From positions 44,994,352-45,058,351 of the forward strand of contig NC_068981.1 of the NCBI RefSeq assembly GCF_001194135.2: 64,000 bases of DNA, in the 5' to 3' direction. The notes beneath the pieces were generated by a model. That model was not told where the DNA came from, searched no databases, and saw nothing but the letters and a program-made list of their open reading frames with translations. Shown here one piece after another: positions 1 through 12,545 of this stretch. Origin of the DNA: Octopus bimaculoides. Taxonomy: Eukaryota. The position numbers and the translations under genes were made by a program. Each line of letters starts with the position of its first letter. The first letter of the stretch is position 1.

Positions 1-1074
1 ATGGATCTAAAGAAAAAATTCATCTTCAGAAATATAAAAGAATTTATGCATAGTCTTCGTCAATCATGATTTTAATTGGAAGGGACATATCTCTCTCCGA
101 AGCCATACATAAACACAGAAGATTTTACAGTAAAAGCATAAATGTGAACGACCTACAGCTGTATGAAGCCATGTTGAAGGGTATTATTAAATTATAAATT
201 GGATAAATAAATATAAATATGCTTGCTTAATTTCTTAATTTTAAACTAATGTAATTAGCACCACAACTTCAATGAATTACAGCAGATAAGTCCTTCTTAC
301 TACTAGTAAATTATCGTAAATATACTTAAAACGAGGATTAAAGGCTCTTCGATCTTTGTATTTATGCTTCACTATCTCTCTGAACAATTGCCCATCTAAT
401 TACAAATGACTTGCTGGGAAACAGATATTAGTCCTACTTGTTAGCACAAACCTATCAAAGTGTCGCAACCTCAATGAAAGCGAATGCCAGTGACTACCGT
501 ATACCAGTGTTTACCGATCCATTTATATGGATATTGTCTAGTACATATCTAATGTATTTAAAAATAAATTAAAAGTATGTCAATTTTCTTTTAGTACATT
601 TGAATTTATTTCATATATAGTATTAGAAAATTGTGTTGCACGTATCTGGGTGCATTTGGGCAATAGCATTCTCAATGCTCCAATTAAGTGAATATTCATT
701 TTCTTGTATATGATGGCGTAGTGATTCCGTTTTAATTAAAATTACATCTCTAGTGATACTCCAAAACAAATCCTACATGACACACACTTTTGGCTTCTGT
801 GTAGGCGGTATACGTTATATATTGTGCTGTGCTTATGTATATTTCTATGCATGTATGTACTCACACAGACCGGCCTCCCACTATTTTGGTGCACCTAATT
901 CTTCGATTTCTCTATGCCATTGGATTACGTCACAATTTTATTCATTCGGAGTATGCCATTTCTTCATCTTTGGTTATATGTATACATACGCGCGCGCGCG
1001 CACACACACAGAGACTTAAATACATATGAGTGTTTATGCGTGTATATCTGTGTACCTATCTATCTATTTATCTT

Positions 1075-1132
<58 letters not shown>

Positions 1133-1139
1133 TCGAAAT

Positions 1140-1340
1140 GAGATAACAGATCCTGTGAGGAGTTTTCAGGACATTTCTAATGAAATAGTATCACAGCTGT
1201 TTCTGGGATATTATAGATATAACTTCATCAGAGGCGGTGTGAGAATATATTTAAGTTCGAATTGTTGTGGGAAGGGAGGAGATACGGAATATAGAGGGAA
1301 TTTAGAGAATGAAAGTAGAAATAATATATAAAAAAATATT
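1140..1340 (-). mobile_element. Penelope-like pseudo-LTR remnant carrying a degenerate hammerhead motif
   Basis: Minus strand reads CTGATGA-A-GTTATAT-CTATA-ATATCCC-A-GAAA-CAGCTG (1193-1231) after a pyrimidine-rich tract. This layout is typical of Penelope pLTRs. Confidence 0.5.
1193..1231 (-). ncRNA. Degenerate minimal hammerhead ribozyme motif
   Basis: CUGAUGA and GAAA cores are intact. Stem II GUUAUAU/AUAUCCC has two mismatches. Palindromic CAGCUG follows GAAA. Confidence 0.5.
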
Positions 1341-1375
1341 ATAGTTGGAGTTTCAATATTCGAGGAAAAGGGTCT

Positions 1376-1975
1376 CTAGAAGGGGTAAAAGTTTTCCTGT
1401 GCACGATATGTAAGTTCCAATAGCAGCTCATGTTTTGAAGTATGGAGCCGTGGAATCAGTGTTGCTCGTCGAAAGGCTTCTGAGGTGTGAATGATAATTT
1501 GACAATGTATTGGTTGTATTTGTAGATAGATGGTGGAAGGAATGTTTAGAAAGAGAAGGTAGGTCAAATTTAAAACAGGAAGAGAAAATGAGAGGAAGAA
1601 AAAGAAAAAAAAATAGGGAGAGAGAAAAAACAGAGTGCGAAAAAAGTGAAGAAAGTGTGAAGGAACTGAGAAAGTGAGTGGTAGTTTATGGTCAAGATAA
1701 TGTGATGGGAGGGGTGTGATGGAAGGATAGGAAGAGATAAGTAGGTAACGATTGAAAGAATGTGAGATATGTGAGTAGGGGTGATATGATAGAGCAGCAT
1801 TAATGGTTGGATGGAGACTAGTTAGAGAAGAGGTTAGGGTGGGGTGGCACCGAAGTGAGTAGTACGTTTGGTAGTAAAATTTGAGGTGGAGGGAAGAATG
1901 CAAGGACATGAAATTACTATAAATATACGTATGTGATAGGTAGAAATAGAAGAGGAGGAAAGAAGGTATAATGGC
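1376..1975 (-). mobile_element. Probable decayed Penelope-like 3' region / low-complexity pLTR
   Basis: Long pyrimidine-rich tract on the minus strand next to the remnant at 1140-1340. Only weak GIY-YIG-like wording (RRATLIPRLHT). Confidence 0.25.
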
Positions 1976-2472
1976 ATATGTACGCATGCACTCCCATACA
2001 TGCAAATATGTATACATATAAACGCACATATATACACAAATATACATACGCCTATACATACACACGCACATATAACCATGCATAATCACGCGCATCCGTA
2101 GAAGCATTCATACAGGCACACACGTATATATGCATGCACACGTATATATTCCCCTACTCACATATCTTATATTCTTATACTCTTTGCTTTCTCATATCTT
2201 TTTATCACTCCCACACAGTTATTCTATCCCCCATCAAATTATCTTGACCACCAACTAACACTCGCTTTCTAACATCCTTCACCTATCTTCACATTTTCTC
2301 TCTTTGTTTTTCTCCCTCTCTGTTTTTACTTTTTTCTCTCTTTCTTCCTCTCATTCTCTCACACCATCTCTTATGAAAGCATATCCATAATATCCCAGAA
2401 ACAGATGTAATACTATTTCATTATAAATATCCTAAAAACTCCTCACAGTCTTGGATTTCTTATCTCATTCTG

Positions 2473-2518
<46 letters not shown>

Positions 2519-5500
2519 TAATACAAGACCCACATTAGACTCCTCGTATCAATAGCAAACCAAGGGTTTAAGAACGGTCGATTCATAGCACTTAGCTTTA
2601 CCTGACACACTTTGGGTCTTCTAGATACCAGTACCTCACACACACACTCACACACACGCACACACACACACACACACGCACGCATACACACATATATTAT
2701 TGCAGTGTGGGGAAGCAAAACTTGGATCAAAATTTAAACTAATATTTCACAACAAGCACTATACTAAATGATATGAAAACTAATGCAGAACAAAGAGTAC
2801 ATTGTCAGCTATTAATAAACTCTCTTTCGCGGGAATATTGGAGAATAAGACTGCGCAGGAAGAAAAATGACAAAGAACATGTGATTTGGTCCGTGTTCAA
2901 GTCGATCCGAAGAGAATCTCCAGCATAGTCAGAGAATCATTTAGCACAGTTTTACAGAGTCAAGAAAGAATCATCATGGGCAAAGGCATTCAGAGGAAGT
3001 CTGGCAGCAGTGCGTCCAACAAGAACTGGGATCAAGACTTCATTCAAAATTTCAATGGATACATCTGCAGTAACGTATAGGAAATATACGAATAAAGGAT
3101 TGAAATACGGTTATTTAAATAGATGAAAAATCAAAAAAGGGAATACAGATTCTTTATGTTGGCGAATGTAAAGTCTATTGTAATTGTATTGGCTTCTCCA
3201 ATCCGTTAATTGAATATTCCTCCAATGGTTTATAACTGTGAGTAAAAGTGAATAGATTGAATGATAAATATATCCTGATGCCAGTTATGTTGCATATAGT
3301 GCAAGGAAAATACAGCCAAAATGTTATCACTAATGTATACCAATCTTTCGAGGAATGTCCTGTGATGAGAGAAATGGAACTAGCCTTTTAAAGGGAAAAA
3401 TGTTTTAATCATTGACATCTTTTTGAATTTTACAACGAATGTAAATGTAAATTTTATAACTTCTCCCTATTGATATATTTCTCTTCTATAGAAATGGAAA
3501 TATGTCACTCTTATATGTGGAGGTTAAATGCGATTTCATAAATTATAAATTTCCTCAAAGTAGATTGAATTACAATATTAGAATAAAAATATCATATATA
3601 TTGGGTATTATTCTCCAGATGGAATCAAGACTATAATTTACGGTACAAAAATTCTATCCTAAAGGAAAATGGAATAAGGAGTGATTTCTAATATCATTAA
3701 TGCTATATAATATTAAGTTTCATTGGAAATAACATACTTTTGAAGGGACTAAGTGGGACATACATGATTCTGTTAATGATTCACCGTTCTGATTAAAGCA
3801 TTTGCTTATAAATATATATAATGCAATGTAAATATCCCAATGTTCTAAAACGGATTTGTGAAAAAGAATGTGCTAGGAGCTATCATTTTAAATGTAAGCA
3901 GATATTTTACTATCGTAACTGACTCATGTTTATATACATGCGGGGATATTTCATGCAATATTAGGAACAAATGTTGTAATATAAAAATAGTTGTCTCTCT
4001 CTCCCCCTTTCACTCTCTCTCTCTCTCNNNNNNNNNNNNNNNNNNNNNNNNNNNNNNNNNNNNNNNNNNNNNNNNNNNNNNNNNNNNNNNNNNNNNNNNN
4101 NNNNNNNNNNNNNNNNNNNNNNNNNNNNNNNNNNNNNNNNNNNNNNNNNNNNNNNNNNNNNNNNNNNNNNNNNNNNNNNNNNNNNNNNNNNNNNNNNNNN
4201 NNNNNNNNNNNNNNNNNNNNNNNNNNNNNNNNNNNNNNNNNNNNNNNNNNNNNNNNNNNNNNNNNNNNNNNNNNNNNNNNNNNNNNNNNNNNNNNNNNNN
4301 NNNNNNATATATACGCCCGTGCAAACATTCATTCGGGCAGACAATCAGGCAAATCCAGAGCGGAAAAATGGGACATTTGCATATGTATCTATGTATAGTC
4401 TCTCTCACACACACACACACACATGCACACACACACACACATACACACATACACACACAATACACACACATACGCACACACACTATCGTACATACATGTA
4501 TATATACACACTGAGGAAGAGAGAGAGAGAGAGAGAGGAATAGGCAGCTAAGGAGACAGACAGACAGACGCAGAGAGTAAAGGGAGATTGAGAGAGAGAG
4601 GTTAAATCGAAACGTGTTTGTGAGTGATAAAAACATGCAAATTAGTGAATTCACCTGGTTCACTTCGTCCCCTCTCATATCGTAATGAATTGTTTTAAGA
4701 TATGAATATCACATTTAATAAGGTGCAGCACTTCTCATATAGGTGCCTATATTTATGTAATGCTTAAGTCTGATATTGGTATAATGCTAGTATTATCTGA
4801 TATTTATGCTCGACCTTTATTATTGCATTTATTCATCGAGGAAATAGGAACTAAATATTGAATATGACGTTATTTTATCTGAACAACTAACGGATATAAA
4901 ATATCACGTAAATATAATGATGATTGATTGCATATGCTACTCGTATGACAATTGTTATTTTGACGTATATATATATATATATTTTATATAATTCTAGCTT
5001 ATCAAAATGTGTTATTTTCCGGAAATATGAATTTAAAATAATGTATTCATACATTAATATAAAATATTTTAAACATTGATAGATGAACATGCATTTTGCG
5101 GAAGAGTAGTATTAATATTTTTAAACATTTTCAGTTGATATAAGTTGACAAGAATCTATTGTGATAACAGTTATTTTTCATAATTACAAGTGAAAATGTA
5201 AAAAAGAACAATCAAGACATTTATTAAAAGACACTCGCACACATAAACAGGCATGCGAATATACATATACATTCATATCTAGGTATACTCGGGAATAACT
5301 GGTTTATACGATTTAAGGAATTAGTGCATCCTTACATTTTATTTTAATTATCTAAACCTGCATGCGTTTTATTTCATGAATGATCTGCAAATTCTGTAGG
5401 ATTGTTTGACAGAAAGTTATTATTTTTAATGATATTAACATGAATTAGAACGACAAAAACAACAACAACAATGACAATAATAATGGCTTCAAGTGTTGAC

Positions 5501-5967
5501 ACCGGGCCAGGAGTTTTTGAAGGAAGAAGGAAATCGACTACATCGACCCCATTATGTGATAGGTCCATAGTTTCTCATCTCCAAAAGGAAGAATTCATTC
5601 AGAGCGATCGCGTCAAGAACCTGGAAAAATCCTGTTGTATTTCACAATAAAAATGGACCAGGCGCTTGAACAAGGAAGCCGAATATTTCGGTGGACAAGT
5701 TGTACGACATGAACTCTATACGTGCCCTATCTGATCCACGTTCAGTTATGAAAGAAAGCGAAAATATAAACCTATAGAAGCCTCCTAAATACTAGTTATC
5801 TAGACTGCAGAAAATGAAAAAAAACAAATATGATGATAGATTCAATTATTGTTGGGATTATGAGAACATTATCAGACGGTATTAAAAGGAATATTAAGGA
5901 AATGTTAGTAGAGTTCCCTGTTCTTGACAGAGTAATAATAATATAGGATTACAATTTTGTCAAAAAC

Positions 5968-6126
5968 CCAGTAGTTAAGTAGAGGGGGTACCTCGATTGC
6001 TTATTTTATCGATCTCGAAAGGATGAATGGCAAAGCCGACCCCATCGGCATTTGAACTCTGGTCATATAAACGAAAGAAATGCCGCTAACAATATTTCCG
6101 GAGCTGTAACGACTGCGCCAGCACGC
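5968..6126 (-). mobile_element. tRNA-derived octopus-type SINE, degenerate 5' half
   Basis: Aligns by eye with the copy at 33479-33617 (ttatcga..cgaaaggatgaa.ggcaaag.cgac...catttgaactc...gaaatgccgctaa). Confidence 0.75.
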
Positions 6127-6129
6127 TGG

Positions 6130-6945
6130 GTCTGCAATCAGCCATGGAGAAGGACCACTCCCATTTCAAAGTCAGGGCACCAATCGGAGGATACATATAG
6201 CAAATGCACAGGATATCATGGATGCATAGTAGAAACGAAAGTGCCATAACGTAAAGAATGGACAATTCCTTGCAAGAATATAATGGTGTGAGTGATGAAA
6301 TAATTAAGATCAGGAAACGATTATACGCTGAGGATTAGATGATAATGAACAGGGATTTAGATCTCTCAAATGCAGAAAAGAGGGAATTTAAATGTAACAT
6401 CTGGATGGTAGAACAATGAAGACTGAAGCAAGAAACGATTTAAGTTAATAATTAATTGAAGTATATAGAAACAGAGAATATCCCGCAAGCATATAAACTC
6501 ACAAAGACTGCAGGGAGGAGAGAACTGAAGATCAATGTGAACAGAATCTTAACGGAAAAAAAGAACAAAATAAACAATCTTGATGGAAAAGGAGAATATC
6601 AGAAGGTAAAAGTTCCGTGAACAGAAGAAGAAAAGGAAGATTGATGGTTGAACATAAATTTGAAAAAATTGAAGAAGTATAGTGCAGATACAGTAGGACA
6701 AAATGCTGTGACTGAAGAGCTGAAGCAGCGCATTGCGGTCAAGAAAGCAACACCAACTAGGATTAAGCAACGATTAAACAATACCGGCAAAACCACTTGT
6801 TTAGAATCGACAAACAAAGATGTAATGAAGAAATTAACGAGGATTTGGAATGCGAAAGATTAGTTCTCAATTCAGCAAAATTCGATAGGTTTGGGGTGAG
6901 ATATGTAGCGAACAAAAACAACATAATACTGAAGCTGAATATCTA
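6130..6945 (+). mobile_element. Degraded R4/Dong-like non-LTR retrotransposon ORF (region upstream of RT)
   Basis: Frameshifted peptides VTEELKQRIAVKKA..RIKQR, FRIDKQRCNEEINED, RFWGEI and KQHNTEAE match the pre-RT segment of R4-clade ORFs as I recall it. Confidence 0.65.
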
Positions 6946-7372
6946 TGGATTTGCATGTCAGTTGTTTGACCTTACCCAGCTGAACATATCCCTTGGTGGC
7001 TGACGATATGGGCATCTCTGATCATGAGCAGAAGTAATGGGGGAGCATCATAGTCACGTGTTGAGAATAATTCTTTGAGAATATTTCACCTTTGGAAACA
7101 TGGGTGTTTTGCTCAACATCCTTAAACATACCTTATTCAGGGACTTTTTGAGCTGGTTGGGCTACTCGACATGAAGGAAATTCTAACTGAGTCCCACCTG
7201 CGAAGTCATGCGCTGTTTGTCATGATATGAGATCACCATGTCGCACACATATGTTTGTGATGCATGTGCCTGGTGTGCCCTTACCAGACGGGTAGTTATG
7301 ATGGGTATAATGGGCTTCGTATACTTTGTCCCAGTTTCACTTCGATGGCATGCACTGCTCTCTCACTCAATC

Positions 7373-7425
<53 letters not shown>
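6946..7425 (+). mobile_element. Interspersed repeat ending in an (AAT)n tail (LINE 3' UTR or SINE-like)
   Basis: Ends ...gatggcatgcactgctctctcactcaatc followed by (AAT)n. I recognise it as a common octopus repeat. It is co-oriented with the adjacent R4-like fragment. Confidence 0.55.
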
Positions 7426-7427
<2 letters not shown>

Positions 7428-8111
7428 CAATAAGAATAATAAAATGAGAGACTGATATGAATTAGAAACAAAAGGAGCGTATTATTAGAATAGATTGAAA
7501 ATCGCTCTAAAATCATATCACTTCATTTTGTGCATCACCAGTGTTAGCATATGTAGTAATTTCTTAACAAATTACGGTGAAACACGTGAAGATGAAATAT
7601 AACAGCACTTGCACTACATTCGTTTGATATGCACACATACATATACACACCAAAGAGATAAATATAAAATTATGTAAAATGTTGTGAAGGAAAATTAATG
7701 CGCAAAATGTAAGACATTTAGGAGATTGTGGAGGAAATTTCTAGAGATTGTGAACAAATTTCCACTTACAATAATCTTTGCGTGCAGTATGAGAAATGCC
7801 TTTTCCATTGTAGACACATATAGTCAGTATTTCGTGGGGAATATTTATTTTTGATGAAAGTCATTTTTGAAACATTAGTCTTTATAAGACATTTCACTGA
7901 TGTGGAGTACATATTTTTCGGAGAAAAATTCCACGTTTTGCCAGAAAAAATACCAAAGTATTGAATTCAGGCAATTAATATCAGATTATTTGGAGGCCAG
8001 CTAACAATTATAATTTCAAAATTTCTTAACTTTTTGACAAAAGTGACATCTTATGCTGAATTTTTTTGAAATACGTTCATAGAAGTTTGTAATTCTCTTA
8101 TACATTTTTCC

Positions 8112-8246
8112 TTCGTTTAAAACAGCCATTGCTATAGCATTAATATTATTACCATATATTAAATTATATGGAATATCTTCCTTTTTTTCGTTTAACACAG
8201 CCATTTTTTCTTGCATTAATATTATTACCATATATTAAATTATATG
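8112..8246. repeat. Two-copy direct repeat, ~60-bp unit, 75-bp offset
   Basis: ttcgtttaa(a/c)acagccatt...gcattaatattattaccatatattaaattatatg at 8112-8170 and 8187-8246. Confidence 0.9.
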
Positions 8247-9130
8247 AACTATTTTTTCCACGATGTTGTGTTTCATTGTAGACCACAAACAATTTTAACC
8301 GGTCTGATGGAAACACAACCCCAACATGCCAAATAATAAGCTGTATCAAAACCGTCAATATATATTATTTATGTATTATACTTAATGTGTGTGTTTGGTA
8401 TAAATGCTTTCTGCTTGTAGTATTTCGTTCAGAGAAAGTCCCTTTCAGAGCAAGAAATGCGCCATGTACCTGAGAACCAGCGAAAAAATCGCCCTCTAGA
8501 TGCTACTCATCCGTGCAATATACCAGATTCATTGACTAGTCTGCTCTATATAGAGGGAGTGTAAATACATATCTAGAGAGGTGTAACAGCGCCGTACAAA
8601 GTTAAACAAAATTACACTATGATATATGTATGCATATATATATATATATATATATGTTTGTGTGTGTGTGTGTGTGTGTTTGTGTGCGTGTGTGTGAGTG
8701 TGTGTTTGTGTGCGCGAGTGTGTGTATTTGTGTGTGTTTGCAAAATACGGTTAAACACAAGATTAAATTGTTCCTACGCATGTTTCAACATTGTTAGTGG
8801 TTTGGAGCTCGTAATAGGTGTTCCGAGTGCATTTAGATGCTGAAGCACAACGAAACACCAGTTAACACTTTATTGTATTAAATTACAGATAACTATAGAA
8901 GGTCATTCGCAATTATTCAGGAAACAGGCTACAGTATGATAATCTACGTGGAACTCTCAACACAAAAGTATGGATTTAGGAAAAGTTGCATAGCGCATCA
9001 AATGAAATCTGTATTTAAAAAAAAAAATTGTATTGATAAGATGTTTCACACATTTATACAAGGGCCGCCTTAATACAGGTTCATAAGTATTGACATGCTC
9101 CAATGAGATGATCCCTAACAATTTTGGACA

Positions 9131-9294
9131 TAGGCGCAGGTGTGGTTGTGTGGTAAAAGGCTTGCTTCCCAACCATATGTTTGCGGGATCAGTCTGACTG
9201 CGTGGTGCATTATGCAAGTTTCGTCTACTATAACCAGGGGCCTATCAACGCCTTGTGACTAGATTTGGTAGACGGGAAAATAAAGAAGTATGTC

Positions 9295-9328
<34 letters not shown>

Positions 9329-9578
9329 GTGTGTGTGTTTGTGTGTGTGTGTGTGTTTGTGTGTGAGTGTCTTTGTATCTGTGTCTGTCCCCAACCATCG
9401 TTTGACAACCGATGTTGGTGTGTTTATTTCCCGTAACTTAGCGATTAGACAAAGCAGATCGATAGCATTAGTACTAGGCTTACAAAGAATAAGTCTTCGG
9501 GCGATTGTTTCGGCTGAAACTCTTTAAGTGGCCGCAGTCAAGTGACGGAAACGAGTAAAATAAAAGAATAAAAGAATA
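9131..9578 (+). mobile_element. Near full-length tRNA-derived octopus-type SINE with internal (TA)/(TG) microsatellite
   Basis: tRNA-like head (aggcgcaggtgtggttgtgtggtaa...), internal microsatellite, body (tttgacaaccgatgttggtgtgttta) and 3' tail (ggccgcagtcaagtgacggaaacgagtaaaataaaagaataaaagaat). Homologous copies at 35955, 43906, 45420 and 53227. Confidence 0.85.
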
Positions 9579-9611
9579 ATGCTGATTATGGCGGAGTTAC
9601 AACATTTTATT

Positions 9612-9880
9612 TTATTACGAAAGTGTTCATTGACTGCTCTCTCGACTACGCGCCATAAGTAATAGTCTAGTGGATTTAGATCTGGTGAGCTATGAGGTTC
9701 TGTATCAGGGAGAATATGGTCAAGGAGTTTGGTACACATCCAGGCGTAAGTTTTACAAGCGTTAGGAGATGCAGTCTTGTTAGGAAAAGTACTATGTTCC
9801 GTTGCGTACTCTGTCTATTCAGGGCCACACAGCATATTTTTCAGAACCTCTATATAGTCAGCGGCACTCATTCTTCAGCC
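9612..9880 (-). mobile_element. Tc1/mariner transposase C-terminal fragment, probably DD37D (maT-like)
   Basis: SAADYIEVLK, a degenerate F..QD, then TYAWMCTKLLDHILPDTEPHSSPDLNPLDYYLWRVVERAVNEH. The SPDLNPLDY motif is diagnostic. Frameshifted. Confidence 0.8.
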
Positions 9881-12239
9881 TTGTATTAAAAAGGTGAGGA
9901 AGCATGCCAGCTCCCTCGTTGCTGACGACTCTCAGGCACATCAGAGTTGCTGGGCATTTAGTGTGTGCCCACATTGGAATCTCATTTAGATTTCTTAGAC
10001 ATCTGCTTAGAAATTTAATAGAGACGTAAGTAAATCAAACTTATTTTCCCAGTATTACTTAAGAGTCATCACAAGGATGTTCTGCCAGATTAACATTTAT
10101 TAACGTTTAAGGAACCCTCAGTAAAACTCCACGAACTGAGTACATATTACTCGACATATTGTGCATGTAATACTTGAAGAAATATTGCTAATCAAGTACT
10201 AAGTTTTGATATCTAAATTATTTCTTTAAAGATGTAATTTTTTATGGAGTGAATTGAGTTCATATTTTGATTTTTTCTCTTAAACAAGTATATTTTTAAG
10301 TTATCAAATTCCTTCCTGTTGCAACTAGAATATATTAGCTAATATTGAAAAAACTGACAAGGTTAAAAGTTAAGCTAATTTTTCGTTGAGACATACATTT
10401 TTAAAGTTATAAAGGAAATTATGCCACTTTCATGGTCACATACAAAAACATTTATGATGCATTTACGATGACCTTTAGTGTAGTTCACATAGAATACAAA
10501 ATAAATATTGCAAGTCAGACAAGAGTTTTGTTCATTTAAAATATTCTTTTGTAACATTATTATTCCCATCATCTTGGTAATATATTATTGATCTTATTCC
10601 TGGAAGTTGTGACTTATATATTTTATCAATTTACTTTTAAATCATCACATCCGACTCACCGTAAAGAGGCGAAATTTATTTCTGAACCATAAAAGGGCGA
10701 TTATGTGACCATTAGCTATGTTGTAGAACATATAATTTTATTGATTTGACCGTACTTAAATTCACATTCACTTTAGCTAAAATAGATTTCAATCCAACGA
10801 AGAAAAAAATCCACATGATCTATATTATTCATTGAACGACATTTATTATGTAGACAGTTTATTGGTGGGACTTCTGAAACATTCTACAGTAAATATTTAT
10901 TTTAATTTATGTACATCTAATGTAAATATATTGTATATCTATCCGAAGGTATCTTTTATTTCTCTACTTTCTCATGTGCTCTTTGCATAACTGGCTATAG
11001 ATATAAACAGTGTATCTATATTTTATTACTATTTGAATTTCTGTGGGTGGTTATTATACAAAGGTTTAGGATGTCTTATAACAGAATATATGCCCTCCAT
11101 TTATCATTAAACTAGATTAACGAGTCAGTCATGTTTGAATGATATCGGACAAGAGTTCTAAATTATAATTTAATGTATTATTTTAGTTCAATATTTCAAT
11201 ATCTAAAAATATATGTAACTGTTGAAGATCACGAGTGGAAACTGTTTACTTCGTCCGTAGGTTCAATGTCTACATTGCAGTATCTCACATATCCTTAGTC
11301 ATTTGATAAAATTGAGATTATGTACGTGGAATATGGAAATAAATTATAATTATAAACTTTCTACAGAGATAAATTCAAATCTGGTAAAGGCTGTACTGAA
11401 TGTGTACAACTCGAAAACAACCTGCCCTAGTTTACTGCAAATAAATTCCTCAAATGTTTAATAAGCTTCCTCTTTGGTATCATTTCTCTTTACCCAGGAC
11501 ACGAATTGTGTTTATTTACGCTTATATTTCTGTTTAGATATTAGATATTGATGAAATATAAAAAGATTACACTGAATCCACATTTATCAGACAGGAACTG
11601 AGGCATGATAATCATTATATGCGTTTCACGTTTTATATATGTTTATCATAACAGTTTGTGTTAACCTTAACCATTACTCTCAATAAGTAAGAGTAAATGC
11701 TGTGTTGACATGTCTCCGATTTTTCTTCTGTTTTTGAGATATTACAAATTCATGCTAACCAATCTCTACCAGTGACTAAGAGGACTTACCCAATTTCTTC
11801 TGTGCTTTGTTTTACAATCATATTGATGCATGCAGATTGTCAGGACATTGAAAAACAAAATCTGTCTACACCAACGCAATGATTCTTCAGTTATCTATCT
11901 ATCTATCTGTCTATCTATCTATATATATATCTATCTATCTATCTATATATCTATCTTTCTATATATCTACCTCTTTATGCTTAATGTGGAATCAATCTTT
12001 CCCGTTTCTTCATGCAGTAATGTATGGCATGTATGAGAGTCATTAATATTGCACGTTCTGGATGGTAGCATAGATGACTGGAAAATAAGTACAATTCAGA
12101 GCAAGGAGATTGAATTGAAAAGATAAAATGATGAATAGCTAGATAGATAGATACTGACATACATATCCACCAAATATCTACAGCAGAAAGAGAAGAAAAC
12201 CTCGACAGACAACAAATGCAGTTTTACAAGACCAACACT

Positions 12240-12545
12240 TAAACATCACTCACTGAGAAATATTGTGGTGTGCAAATCTGTCTGAACAAGAATACGAAAC
12301 ATTACTTCAAACGAAATCGAGTATATTGAGAGAGAATTGGAAATTAAGCAGCAACTAACTTAAGACACAACTGGCCAGATATCGTTGTGTAGGATCACAA
12401 AGAAAATATATGTTGTGTTTTAGAAATCAGCTGCCTGCTGGATACGAATGTAGTTCGAAAAATACCCGAGAAAGAGGACATCTATGGATGATTGATAAGG
12501 AGTTTGCAAATCCAGTATCCAAACAATACTATTAGATTTATGAGA
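12240..12545 (+). mobile_element. RLE (restriction-like endonuclease) domain fragment of an R4-clade non-LTR element
   Basis: 12360-12542 reads LRHNWPDIVV*DHKENICCVLEISCLLDTNVVRKIPEKEDIYG*LIRSLQIQYP, a PD..(D/E)..K RLE signature with two stops. Confidence 0.75.

Noticed and set aside
1-190. LCIVFVNHDFNW..LRSHT / VNDL wording reminiscent of a caspase p20 start
   Set aside because: It needs stops, a frameshift and a deletion to fit, which is too weak to call.
2820-3130. GC-richer patch with two open frames (MVRVQVDP..., SSWAKAFRGSLAAVRP...)
   Set aside because: No recognisable domain and no convincing splice pair.
10375-10780. Candidate minus-strand exons (MFYNIANGH...|gtgag and ...FITLK|gtatgt)
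   Set aside because: They cannot be joined in frame with plausible acceptors, and the peptides are not recognised.
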